This document shows, piece after piece, positions 20,401-28,827 of a DNA stretch of 64,000 bases. The notes beneath the pieces were generated by a model, which did not search any database, was not told the DNA's origin, and worked only from the letters and a program-made list of their open reading frames with translations. A program made the translations under genes and the position numbers. The DNA is from Deltaproteobacteria bacterium (GTDB lineage Bacteria > Myxococcota_A > Polyangia > Polyangiales > Houyiibacteriaceae): contig JAXMNT010000030.1 in the NCBI GenBank assembly GCA_034670305.1, positions 1 to 64,000 of the forward strand, given 5' to 3'. Each line of letters starts with the position of its first letter. The stretch's first letter is position 1.

Positions 20401-22609
20401 TCGCGACCTGAGACGCGGAGATGCGGCGGGCGTTGACGAGGTTGGCCAGCGCGTCGGGGTGGAAGCTGTAAGCGGCGCCGCGGCGAGACACGATGTTCTG
20501 CTCCACGAGGTCGTCGATGGTGGCGCTCTCGACGATGCTCTCGAGCATCACCATCAGGCGGCCGATGCCCCGGCGGCGGAGCTCGTCTCGGAGCACGATC
20601 GGGTCGCGCAGCACACCGGTCTGGCCACCGAAGTGCTGGGTCTCACGCCAGTAGGGCTGGGTGAGCGGCTGCGGTCCGGACGGGTCTCCATCTCTTGGAA
20701 GCGTGGCGGTGAGGGCCGCGCGCAACATCAGCTCCGCGCCTTCGGCGGCGGGGTTGGTCGCCGCTTCGTCGATCGCGCCGCGCAACCAGTCCATCGTCCA
20801 CGGCACTTCGCCGCCGTGCATCGCGAGGTCGCGGACGACCAGTGCCGCCCAGGCGCGCGGAGACGCGCTCGTGGTGGCGAGCGAGACCTGTGCGGTCTGA
20901 CGCACCTCGTAGCGCTCGGCGTCCGGTTCGAGCGCGAAGCCGAATGCATCGGCCGGTCGGACGAGCACCGCATCGAACGAACCGACGCCGAGCGATGTGC
21001 CCCCGTACTGGTCGAGTTCCGGGATGCGGTCGTGCGGAAGCAGCGGTCGCGCGCGCAGTTGAACGACGCCGCTGACGTGCGGCGGAAGCTCGAGGCTCGC
21101 GCGGGCGCCGGTCGCGAAGTCGGAGGCCACCACGACGCCGCGGGAGAGCGCTTCGACCAGCACCGGCCGACCGCGCACGTCCGGGTGTCGGCCGAGATCG
21201 ACTTCCACCGTCCCGCCGGGCGCGACGACTCGCGTGCGCACCTCGGGGCGGACCCGCGCCTTCGGCTGCACGGCCACGCAGACCCGCGCGAAGGCCGGTC
21301 GATCTTCGTCGAGCACCGTCACGTCGAGCCGGGTCGCGATCCCGCTGCACCCTGAGGTCGCGCTCGCGCCGCGGATCGGGCCGGCGGCGCCGTCTTCCAC
21401 CCGGAGCGGAACCACCGCGAGTCCGTGCGCGTCGACCGCGAGTTCGATCGTGCCGCGTGGCACCGTCGCGCCGACCACCCGGATGCGGGTGCCGGCCGGC
21501 GCGGGTTCGCCGCGTGGATCGGTCACAGCGAGGATCGCTTCGGCATCGACCTCGGGCACGAGGCCGCCCGTCTCGGCCGTGGCTTCGACCCGCCACTGCA
21601 CGCGCGAGAGCAGGAACGCGACCTGGGTGTGGATGGTTCCGTGGCCCGGATGGGTCACGCGGATTTGCACCGCTTGCGTCGCGACGTCTCCCGCCAGGTA
21701 GCTCGGCGCGTCCATGCGAATGGGCACCTCGCCGCGGCTGTTCGTGGTGAGGGTCTGCTCGACCCGTCCGATCGAGAGCTTCACCTCGGCTTCCGCGATC
21801 GGAGTCCCCGAAGGCGTGTTCACCCGGATCAGGCCAGTGAGCTGGCCCGACGGGGGCACGACGCGCCGGTCGAGGTTGGCGTCGACGAGGATGCGTTCGA
21901 CCGTTCGTCGCCCAACCTGGAAGTTCGCGGCACCGGACGCATTGGCGATCGAGTCGTCGACGCTCACCCGGACGCTGTACCCGCCGTCCACGGCGGAGGC
22001 CGGGAGCTCGACCGGCATCGTGATCGCGCCGCTCGGTGCGACCGGCAAGCGCTGGTCGGCGAGCGGCCGGCCCGAAGGATCGTTGACCACCACGCGCAAC
22101 GTGCGGCCGGTCACCGGCGCACCGTCGGACTGCCGGGTCAGACGGACCCACACGTTTGCGGTCTCGCCGGGCTCGTAGCGCCGGCGGTCGAGCAGCACGT
22201 CCAAGTGGAGCGGCGACTGCAGCGACATGCCGTACTCGAACGTGCGCGTCTTCTGGCCCGAGCGGATCTCGAACTGGAGCTGCGGGTTCTGAAAACGTTG
22301 CTCCGGGATCACGATCGATCCAGCGAAGCGACCGGTGCGGTCGGCCTGGATCTCGACTTGTCGCACGACGCGATGGTTGCGCGCCTCGGCGTCGTACTCA
22401 CGCAGTCGCAGGAACACCTGCGCGCCCGCCGCCGGCCGAAGCTCGGCCAGGTCGATGACGTCGTAGACCACCCCGCTGAACGAGAGCGGCTCGCCGTAGG
22501 TCGCGTTGGTCGCGCCGTTGAGTTCCAGCTCGAGGCCGGTGTTGCGTTGTGCGGAGACGGTCGCGGTGAGCGAGGCGAGCGCGAGCGTGAGCAGATGAAT
22601 TCGTCGCAT
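17411..22609 (-). CDS. Alpha-2-macroglobulin-like secreted protein (no thioester) with GspG-like motif
   Basis: Signal peptide MRRIHLLTLALASL; MG2-like LDRRRYEPGETANV; VREDFPATL...LADALTTYRV; LLDPWGRPF...ELVSPGPDGRAGTGDD; GTGA overlap with the paralogue. Confidence 0.82.
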   Translation of the reverse strand: MRRIHLLTLALASLTATVSAQRNTGLELELNGATNATYGEPLSFSGVVYDVIDLAELRPAAGAQVFLRLREYDAEARNHRVVRQVEIQADRTGRFAGSIVIPEQRFQNPQLQFEIRSGQKTRTFEYGMSLQSPLHLDVLLDRRRYEPGETANVWVRLTRQSDGAPVTGRTLRVVVNDPSGRPLADQRLPVAPSGAITMPVELPASAVDGGYSVRVSVDDSIANASGAANFQVGRRTVERILVDANLDRRVVPPSGQLTGLIRVNTPSGTPIAEAEVKLSIGRVEQTLTTNSRGEVPIRMDAPSYLAGDVATQAVQIRVTHPGHGTIHTQVAFLLSRVQWRVEATAETGGLVPEVDAEAILAVTDPRGEPAPAGTRIRVVGATVPRGTIELAVDAHGLAVVPLRVEDGAAGPIRGASATSGCSGIATRLDVTVLDEDRPAFARVCVAVQPKARVRPEVRTRVVAPGGTVEVDLGRHPDVRGRPVLVEALSRGVVVASDFATGARASLELPPHVSGVVQLRARPLLPHDRIPELDQYGGTSLGVGSFDAVLVRPADAFGFALEPDAERYEVRQTAQVSLATTSASPRAWAALVVRDLAMHGGEVPWTMDWLRGAIDEAATNPAAEGAELMLRAALTATLPRDGDPSGPQPLTQPYWRETQHFGGQTGVLRDPIVLRDELRRRGIGRLMVMLESIVESATIDDLVEQNIVSRRGAAYSFHPDALANLVNARRISASQVATLGNETMTIANLREVDPTFSFATLAQRITRKRLVFLMLVIKRFTDPDNADAARASAGQPPERWLSRLVQLGTLTSAHLLDPWGRPFSLRRTTSPRVVLSDRAPAWELVSPGPDGRAGTGDDVSNPFGRVVAAGSPYAVASGEDRLMKALSTLAPGPQVLAAMAQAYASISLAARDEQRARTVTASLSEADDALGSLDGDAIGEAYGYGGLGLRGTGRGGGGSGEGTIGLGNMGMIGRGAAPSRARSRAPQAAAADMAEPEEAIATEHREQRNEQQAAPPAPPSAFGTMRDVVREDFPATLAFVGEIPLDGTATTHPVVLADALTTYRVEAIAWTATGWVRSASTELRVDQEATIDAPIPPFATIGDVLTVPVRVENRTDGVLHAKVTFTGEGLGIQGPEAQTVEVPAHRAIEVPVELRTNEVGEGSVMVRVLRASDDAPLDAVRRPLVVWPDARLVRDRRSQLIEPGEGTTRLRFEVPADATARGAGELRIVPATALFGAASEYGAGNPHAGWALALLGEEIPEEMLMHARAVLRVTDLNEAHNIGGNPIQTARAIATAWNDATVPDGVIRRGLRHVSGILGGEASAGTAPRDASALLALAVATRHREQRAALRDTVDIMKSDLIRRVGSGAVQMSDAPVEWARAAFALALAGESGRARELLRRVERHVITLGSGPDGEAFLEAPNQAGQPWARLEPTALVAGAWAALSEPGRGLPFTRHLVGLAETAEHWPADARVYATASAGLLAGRGAGAQMRATIDGRPLELAAPDDAPTSTVRVAVLPDAGTPGAHVVEIAGAPGLALAFADVRYGRPWDSEPARRARIDLVIDGELGPRDARAGLALTVRNREPRLMTAPIVWIDLPAGTELDEPTREALHGLTVSEPTMEGRTLQLRLRPLAPGGHARIPLPLRWSLSGTLRGLGASAFDDASAAGTEVRATAVLGSRELVIDREGEEPDAVEAESSPAPLPPPPLPIEPLDSFGPVASATVLSTEVLS

Positions 22610-22863
22610 GCGGAAGACCAGACGCCTTGGAGGGCAAAAGGTTTTGGATCGGCGCCAATTAGACCGACAAGCCCCACCCCCTGCGGATGCTCTCGATCGT
22701 GCGCGGCCGGAGGCTACCAGCATCCGGCCGCTGGGGGAGGCGCAGCGGTGCGCTGCGGGAGCGCCCATGCACACGTGGCCATGAGGCACGATTTCGTGAC
22801 CGTTCGCTCCGAAGTTCCAGGACCACGCTGTGGCCAGAGACCCGTTCATGGCATTCTGAGTGG

Positions 22864-23604
22864 GTGAACCGCCTGGAGACGCTGCCCTTGCTCGTCGACA
22901 TCCAACCGGCGGAGCTGTTGGTGCACGACTCGGTCGAGCCGTGCCCCTACCTGGAAGGCCAGCGCGCGCGCATGCCGCTGCGTCTTCCGATCCGGCAGCT
23001 CGAAGGACACGAACTCGACGTGCGTCTGGCCCGGGGCGATCGCCGCCACGGGGCCCTGTTCTACCGGCCGACCTGCCCGGCCTGCCAGGCCTGCGAGGCG
23101 ATTCGGCTCCCCGTGGACTTCAAGCTCGGCAAGACGCTGCGCCGCACCTTGCGACGCGGCGATCGGGAGATCCGCACCCGGCTCGGCCCGCCCCGGGCGA
23201 CCTCCGAACACGTGCGGCTCTACGACCTGCACCGCAGCGCGCGCGGACTCGCGCGCGACGAGGGCGGTGAGATGACGGTCCTCGGCTACCAGCGCTTCCT
23301 GGTGGACCGGCAGTGCGATTCGTTCGAGCTGACGTACTCGGTGGACGGGAAGATGGTTGGCGCCGCCGTCGTCGACCGCGGAGAGACCTCGCTGTCCGCG
23401 GTGTACTGCTTCTACGATCCAGCCTTCGCATCACTCGGCATCGGCACGTATTCGATCCTCAAGCAGCTGGAGCTCTGCCGGACCTGGAACCTCGAATGGC
23501 TGTACCTCGGGCTCTACATCGCCGGTTGCGATGCGATGGAGTACAAGGCGCGGTTCCTCCCCCACGAACGTTTGGTCGCGAAGACCTGGACCCGCTTCGA
23601 CTGA
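22864..23604 (+). CDS. Arginyl-tRNA-protein transferase / Asp-Glu leucyltransferase (ATE1/Bpt family)
   Basis: EPCPYL, GDRRHGALFYRPTCPACQACEAIR, LSAVYCFYDP, LYLGLYIAGCDAMEYKARF; start position uncertain. Confidence 0.88.
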   Translation: MNRLETLPLLVDIQPAELLVHDSVEPCPYLEGQRARMPLRLPIRQLEGHELDVRLARGDRRHGALFYRPTCPACQACEAIRLPVDFKLGKTLRRTLRRGDREIRTRLGPPRATSEHVRLYDLHRSARGLARDEGGEMTVLGYQRFLVDRQCDSFELTYSVDGKMVGAAVVDRGETSLSAVYCFYDPAFASLGIGTYSILKQLELCRTWNLEWLYLGLYIAGCDAMEYKARFLPHERLVAKTWTRFD

Positions 23605-23719
23605 CCGCTCCGGTTGCGTGGATCCGGCCGGTCGGACACATGCAGGCCGCAACTCGGCTGCCCGTGGAGAGGTTGGAGCGTTCGCGTTCTCAGTCCAGCG
23701 CCGGCCGCATGGAGGAATC

Positions 23720-24178
23720 ATGAAACGATCTTGGAACCTGGTGGGAACGATGCTCTGCGCCTGCGCGCTGGCCTGCGGCGGTGGTGCCGAAGAAGCCGAC
23801 TCGGAGCACTCGAGCGGTGGCGAGCATCAAGACGAGCACCATCAGCCGGGCGAGCCGCATGGCGAACACCACGCGCATCACCACGGCGAGTTCGGACCGG
23901 CGCTGACCGCGCTCCACGACGCATTCGCGCCGCTCTGGCACGGAGAGCGCACGGGCCCGGTGGTCTGTCCGGAAGCCGCCAACCTCGCGGAGCTCGCCGC
24001 GGCCGCAGGCGCCGAGCACACCGAACACCCCGACGAAGGCGCGGCCCTCACCGAGAGCGCGCAAGCGTTCCTCGCGCAGTGCCAAGCCACCCCCGACGGT
24101 GGTCCCGAGTTCGACGCGTCGTTCGACACGTTCCACAACGCCATGCACGCGGTGATGCACACCCCCGCGAACGACTGA
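23720..24178 (+). CDS. His-rich lipoprotein, probable metal binder
   Basis: SD GGAGG; lipobox ALAC; HHQPGEPHGEHHAHHH; C-terminal FHNAMHAVMH. Confidence 0.75.
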   Translation: MKRSWNLVGTMLCACALACGGGAEEADSEHSSGGEHQDEHHQPGEPHGEHHAHHHGEFGPALTALHDAFAPLWHGERTGPVVCPEAANLAELAAAAGAEHTEHPDEGAALTESAQAFLAQCQATPDGGPEFDASFDTFHNAMHAVMHTPAND

Positions 24179-24190
24179 AGCGCGGTCGGG

Positions 24191-25294
24191 TCAGGCGTTG
24201 GCTCTGGCTTGAAGCGCTTTGGCTTGGAGCGCGTAGACTTCGCGCTCCAGCCATTGCGCGATCGCGCCGGCGACATCGGCGCGGGTCGCCTCTTCGATCC
24301 CGACGACGCCCGGCGACGAGTTGACCTCGACCACGACCGGACCGTCCTTGCCCTCGAGCACGTCGACGCCGGCGATCGGCAGTCCGAGCACGCGGGCCGC
24401 GTCGACCGCGACGCGCGCATAGGACGCGGGAAGATCCACCGGTTCGGCGCTCGCGCCGAGGTGCACGTTCGAGCGGTACTCGTCCCCCTTCGCGACACGC
24501 CGAACCGCCGCGACGATGCCGCCTCCGACGACGAACGCGCGCACATCGCGCCCGCGGCTCTCGGCGATGAACTTCTGGAGCAGCACCGGCCGGTCGGCGT
24601 AGAGCAGCGCTTCGGCGATCGCTTCGGCGCCGCGCGCGGTCTCGGCGAGCAGCACGCCGCGCCCTTGGGTGCCTTCGAGCACCTTCACGATCAGCGGCGC
24701 GCCGAGCCGCGCGATGGTGGGACCGAGGTCTTTGCGCCGGCGCACGAACGACGTCTGCGGGATCGGGATCCCGGCCGCGGCCAACCGCTGCAGTGCGATC
24801 AACTTGTCTCGGCTCGCGACGAGGGCGTCCGCGCGTGGAAAGACGGGCACCCCCATGAGCTCGAACTGTCGCAGCACCATCGCGCCGTGCGAGGTCGCGC
24901 TGTGGCCAACCCGCGCGAGCACCGCGTCGTAGGTCTTCAGGGGCTGTTGGTTCCGCACCAGACTCAGGCTGCCCGTCGAGAGCTCCAGCGTGACCTCGTA
25001 GGTCCCGAGCACCTTCACGATGTGCCCCCGCGCCGCGATGGCATCGGCGATGCGCCCGGCCGATCCCTTCGGCTCGCGGGTGAGCACAAGCACCCTCAGC
25101 GGCTTGTCCGCTCGAACGACCTTGCCCTTCTTCTTGGCGGTCTTCGACGGCAGCGCCGACTTCGCGCGCTTTCCGGTGGCCGTCCCGGCGTCTGTCTTCG
25201 GCGGCTTCGCGGCCTTCGCGGCGACGGCCTTCGGCGTCTGTTTCGTGGCTGCGGCCTTCGGCGTCTTCGGAGACTTGGTGCCCTTGCGAGTCAT
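24191..25294 (-). CDS. RimK-family ATP-grasp alpha-L-glutamate ligase, second paralogue with Lys/Ala-rich N-terminal extension
   Basis: SRDKL, PLIVKVLEGTQGRGV, QKFIAESRGRDVR, YRSNVHLG, EVNSSPG. Confidence 0.88.
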   Translation of the reverse strand: MTRKGTKSPKTPKAAATKQTPKAVAAKAAKPPKTDAGTATGKRAKSALPSKTAKKKGKVVRADKPLRVLVLTREPKGSAGRIADAIAARGHIVKVLGTYEVTLELSTGSLSLVRNQQPLKTYDAVLARVGHSATSHGAMVLRQFELMGVPVFPRADALVASRDKLIALQRLAAAGIPIPQTSFVRRRKDLGPTIARLGAPLIVKVLEGTQGRGVLLAETARGAEAIAEALLYADRPVLLQKFIAESRGRDVRAFVVGGGIVAAVRRVAKGDEYRSNVHLGASAEPVDLPASYARVAVDAARVLGLPIAGVDVLEGKDGPVVVEVNSSPGVVGIEEATRADVAGAIAQWLEREVYALQAKALQARANA

Positions 25295-25307
25295 CGAGCG
25301 ACCCCCT

Positions 25308-26204
25308 TCACGCATCCACCCGCTTCTTCTTGTGGGCGTTGCCGACAACGTAGTCGATGACGGCCCCAGCCACATCGAAACCGGTCGAGGTCTCGATGCC
25401 TTCCAGGCCGGGCGACGAGTTCACTTCCATCACCAGCGGGCCATCCTTGCCGCGGAGAAGATCGACGCCCGCGACGCCGAGCTTCATCGCTTTGGCGGCC
25501 TTGATCGCAACCGACCGTTCGCGCCGGCTGAGCGTGGCGGGTTCGCCCTTTCCGCCCCGGTGAATGTTCGAGCGGAACTCGCCGGGTGCCGCGGTGCGCA
25601 CCATGGCCGCGACCACCTCCCCCCCGACCACGAAACATCGCAGGTCCTTGCCTTTGGCCTCCGCGATGTACTGCTGGACGAGCAGGTTCGCTTCCAAGTT
25701 GCGGAACGCTTCGATGACCGACTCAGCGGCGCTCTTGGTCTCGCAGAGCACCACTCCGATGCCTTGCGTGCCCTCGAGCAACTTCACGATGAGCGGCGCC
25801 CCGCCGACGCCTTCGATCAAGCCGCCGATGTCCTGGGTCGAGTGACAAAACGTGGTGACGGGCAAAGGGAGCCCTTCCCGCGACAAGATCTGAAGGCTGC
25901 GCAGCTTGTCGCGAGAGCGTGCGATCGCCTGCGACGAACTCGGCGTGGACACGCCCATCATCTCGAGTTGCCGGACGACCGCCGTTCCGTAGAACGTGCT
26001 CGCCGACGCGATGCGCGGAATGATCGCGCCGGGGCGCTCGAGCGGCTCGCCGAAGTAGTCGAGCGTCGGGCTGCCCGACTTGATGTTCATGTGGGTGTTG
26101 AGATACGCGACGACGCATCCGTCGTGGCCGCGATCCTTCGCGGCCTCCAACAAGCGGCGAACCGAATAAGACTCTGGTTTCTGAGAGAGCACGGCAATGC
26201 GCAT
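25308..26204 (-). CDS. rimK: Ribosomal protein S6-L-glutamate ligase RimK
   Basis: MRIAVLS...[61 protein letters not shown]. Confidence 0.92.
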   Translation of the reverse strand: MRIAVLSQKPESYSVRRLLEAAKDRGHDGCVVAYLNTHMNIKSGSPTLDYFGEPLERPGAIIPRIASASTFYGTAVVRQLEMMGVSTPSSSQAIARSRDKLRSLQILSREGLPLPVTTFCHSTQDIGGLIEGVGGAPLIVKLLEGTQGIGVVLCETKSAAESVIEAFRNLEANLLVQQYIAEAKGKDLRCFVVGGEVVAAMVRTAAPGEFRSNIHRGGKGEPATLSRRERSVAIKAAKAMKLGVAGVDLLRGKDGPLVMEVNSSPGLEGIETSTGFDVAGAVIDYVVGNAHKKKRVDA

Positions 26205-26255
26205 GCCGCGAGTATCCCCGTGCGCCCTCCGTGCGCACACGATTTATTTGGCTGC

Positions 26256-26909
26256 CTAAGAAAAAGGAGTCATCGGCACCGGACCCTTCGCGCTCCTCAG
26301 CGCCTCGACGTCTGCGCGGCGGGGGCAACCTTCGAGGTGATCGTTGACGATGCCCATCGATTGCATGAACGCATACGCGGTCGTGGGTCCGACGAAACGG
26401 AAGCCGCGCTTCTTGAGCGCTTTCGACAGCGCGGTGGATGCGTCGGTCGCGGTGAGCTTCTTCATCGCGGCGAGGGTCAGACGTTTGGGGCGCGTCTTGG
26501 GATCGGGCTCGAAGGCCCAGACGAACGAGGCGAGCGTGGTGCCTTCTTCCCGCAACCGCACCACCGCGCCCGCATTGACGATGGTCGCTTCGATCTTGCC
26601 GCGGTGCCGGACGATGCCCGCGTCGCCGAGCAGCCGTTTGACGTCCTTCTGATTGAACTTCGCGACTCGGTGGAAGTCGAAGTCGGCGAACGCGGCTCGA
26701 AACGCCGGCCGCTTGTGCAGGATCGTGCGCCAGCTCAGCCCACTCTGAAACCCTTCGAGGCAGAGCTTCTCGTAGAGCCGCACATCGTCCGTGACGGGCA
26801 CGCCCCACTCCTCGTCGTGGTAGCGCTGGTACTCAAGATCGTCTCCGGCCCAGAAGCACCGAAGCACTCCGTCCGAGCCCGCGTTCAAACCCGGGGCCCG
26901 CTTCTTCAT
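26256..26909 (-). CDS. tag: DNA-3-methyladenine glycosylase I
   Basis: RCFW...YHDEEWGVP, LEGFQSGLSW, FVGPTTAYAFMQSMGIVNDHLEGC. Confidence 0.95.
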   Translation of the reverse strand: MKKRAPGLNAGSDGVLRCFWAGDDLEYQRYHDEEWGVPVTDDVRLYEKLCLEGFQSGLSWRTILHKRPAFRAAFADFDFHRVAKFNQKDVKRLLGDAGIVRHRGKIEATIVNAGAVVRLREEGTTLASFVWAFEPDPKTRPKRLTLAAMKKLTATDASTALSKALKKRGFRFVGPTTAYAFMQSMGIVNDHLEGCPRRADVEALRSAKGPVPMTPFS

Positions 26910-27100
26910 GCTGGCGTGCCCGATTGCGACGCACCGAGGCGGGCTTGATGGGCCTCGTCGACCGGGCCGCCGTAGCGCGCACTCATCCAGCTGAGCGCCA
27001 GGGTGAACGCCAGGAGCAGGAGCACCACGACGACGACCAGCGCGGGTCCGGCGTAGGGCGCGGGCTTGGCGTCCGGCGGTGGGGAAGGCTCACGGTACAT
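26906..27100 (-). CDS. Small single-TM protein
   Basis: MYREP start, one TM segment, ATGA overlap with tag. Confidence 0.6.
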   Translation of the reverse strand: MYREPSPPPDAKPAPYAGPALVVVVVLLLLAFTLALSWMSARYGGPVDEAHQARLGASQSGTPA

Positions 27101-27180
27101 GAGGCCGAGGTTGCCAGAGCGGCCTGGTGGGTGGCCAGGGTCGGCATGCGCGCCCTCTTTGCCGGGGGTAAGATGGCGCC

Positions 27181-27687
27181 ATGACTTTGCGCCTCGTGCT
27201 CAGCGGCTTGCTTCTGATGGGTCTCGCTTGCTCCGACCGCGACCCGCCCATGGAGGAGGTCGACTCCGGTGCCTCCGACGCGCGGACGAGCGACGCGCCC
27301 GTGGCGGACGACGCACCCCTCTTCGACGACGCACCGATGTCTGAGGACGCTCCGTCGATGGACTCCGGCCCGGTCGACTCCGGCCCGGTCGACTCCGGTC
27401 CCGACGCCGACAGCGGCCCGGTCGACTCCGGTCCCGACGCCGACACCGGCCCGGTCGACTCTGGACCCGACGCCGACTCCGGCCCGGTCGACTCCGGCCC
27501 CGACGCGGACACCGGTCCGGTCGACTCGGGCAGCGGCAGCGGTCCGATGTGCAACGACATCTGCACCCCGACCTGCTTCCGCCCGGTGAGCTGCACGCTC
27601 GCCTGCGGCACCCGCTCCATCGACTGCGGCTGCTGCGGCTGCGTAGAGCCTGCGTTCGACGACATCTCCTGCGACGCGGAGAGCTGA
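27181..27687 (+). CDS. Lipoprotein with D(S/T)GP repeat stalk and 10-Cys C-terminal domain
   Basis: Lipobox GLAC; DSGPV/DSGPDA repeats at 27361-27530; Cys-rich tail. Confidence 0.8.
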   Translation: MTLRLVLSGLLLMGLACSDRDPPMEEVDSGASDARTSDAPVADDAPLFDDAPMSEDAPSMDSGPVDSGPVDSGPDADSGPVDSGPDADTGPVDSGPDADSGPVDSGPDADTGPVDSGSGSGPMCNDICTPTCFRPVSCTLACGTRSIDCGCCGCVEPAFDDISCDAES

Positions 27688-27802
27688 TTCACGAAGCTCA
27701 GGGGGCGTCGATTTCAGACACTTGGACTTGGCTGACCGCGGGCGATGCGGCGGTCCCCGCGCGGAGCTTCCGCGCGACGTCACGGCTGCCGCAGGCGGAC
27801 GG

Positions 27803-27836
27803 AAAACAAACAGCCTGGCCGGGGCCAAGCTGTCTG
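27803..27836 (-). terminator. Intrinsic terminator after tRNA-Leu
   Basis: Minus strand ACAGCTTGGCC-CC-GGCCAGGCTGT followed by TTGTTTT. Confidence 0.75.
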
Positions 27837-27839
27837 CGG

Positions 27840-27923
27840 TGCGGAAAAGAGGACTCGAACCTCCACGGGTTTTACCCCACATGAACCTGAATCATGCGCG
27901 TCTACCAGTTCCGCCACTTCCGC
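27840..27923 (-). tRNA. tRNA-Leu (CAG)
   Basis: GCGGAAG acceptor stem, D-arm TGGCGGAACTGGTAGACGC, anticodon arm CATGA-TTCAGGT-TCATG, long variable arm, GGTTCGAGTCC; the genome reads ACCG at the 3' end, so CCA is not fully encoded. Confidence 0.97.
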
Positions 27924-27972
27924 AAGCGGACGAGCGATTTAGACCCGCGATGAAAGGGTGTCAAGGTTCGGT

Positions 27973-28710
27973 ATGCCCACCTTCGACGAGTTGAAGGCTT
28001 CTGGCGCGCTGGACGTGAGTCTTCACGCCGGCGCCGAAGGCTATGCAGGCGTGCTCGTCACCGACGCGATGGTCTTTCCCTACTCCGGCTACACCGACCA
28101 AACCGAGCCAAGCGTCGGCGAGGGGATCCCACTCGAGGTGTACCTGGACAACCCTCGACTGGAAGACGCCGCGAGGCGTGCGGTACGCGAGAAGTTGCTC
28201 GCGCGCCGACGACGACAAGACAGCGCCCAGATGCGTGCGCTCCGGGACAGCGGCGCCGCCGAGTTCTTCACCGTCGGGCCCAACCCAAGCGGCGTCGAGG
28301 GCTTCTTCGTGGTCGACACCCCATTCGAGGAAGCGGTGTTTCGGTTCGACGGCAACGAACACGGCGTGTTCCTGAACCCGGACAAGATCCCCTTGAAGGT
28401 GTTCCTCGAGACCCACTACCCGGGCACGCTCGAGCCGGTCCAGAGCCACGTGAAGAAGGTGCTCTTCCAACTCGGCCAGAACCGCTACTCGGCGCTGCTC
28501 GACGCGGGCGCGACCGCGTTCGTGCTCGAGGGTCCGAACTCAGGCGGCATGTCCGGGGTCGTGGTGGCGGACGACGGGGTGTACGAGTTCGTGGCGGATC
28601 ACGGTCTGGACCTGAGCGAGAAGGTGCCGTTGCAGGACTTTCTCGACGCACGGCGCACCCTCCGGGCGGACCTGCGGGCCTGCATCGAAGCCAAACTCGG
28701 CATTGCGTGA
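27973..28710 (+). CDS. Hypothetical protein made of three ~80-aa internal repeats
   Basis: Repeated L..SGA...G...G..V.D...IPL..FL pattern. Confidence 0.8.
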   Translation: MPTFDELKASGALDVSLHAGAEGYAGVLVTDAMVFPYSGYTDQTEPSVGEGIPLEVYLDNPRLEDAARRAVREKLLARRRRQDSAQMRALRDSGAAEFFTVGPNPSGVEGFFVVDTPFEEAVFRFDGNEHGVFLNPDKIPLKVFLETHYPGTLEPVQSHVKKVLFQLGQNRYSALLDAGATAFVLEGPNSGGMSGVVVADDGVYEFVADHGLDLSEKVPLQDFLDARRTLRADLRACIEAKLGIA

Positions 28711-28827
28711 GGCTTGACTGATTCCCTCGTGCGTCGTAGGTCCATCTCGCTGAATGGTGATTCAGCACTGCGATTGCTCGCAGTTGCATGCGCACAACGC
28801 GCCGCCCCACCCTCAAAGGAGCCAGCC

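Noticed and set aside
14367-21355. Very long + strand ORFs (14367-17975, 17363-21355) and similar ones such as 1386-3854, 35617-37818 and 60172-62742
   Set aside because: Antisense or alternative-frame shadows of real genes, typical of high-GC DNA; Arg/Gly/Ala-rich with no motifs
22784-22800. sigma54 promoter GGCACGATTTCGTGA upstream of the ATE gene
   Set aside because: No GC at the -12 position with N10 spacing
27840-27923. Integrative element at tRNA-Leu
   Set aside because: No integrase, no duplicated tRNA 3' end seen in the window, and the native terminator follows directly
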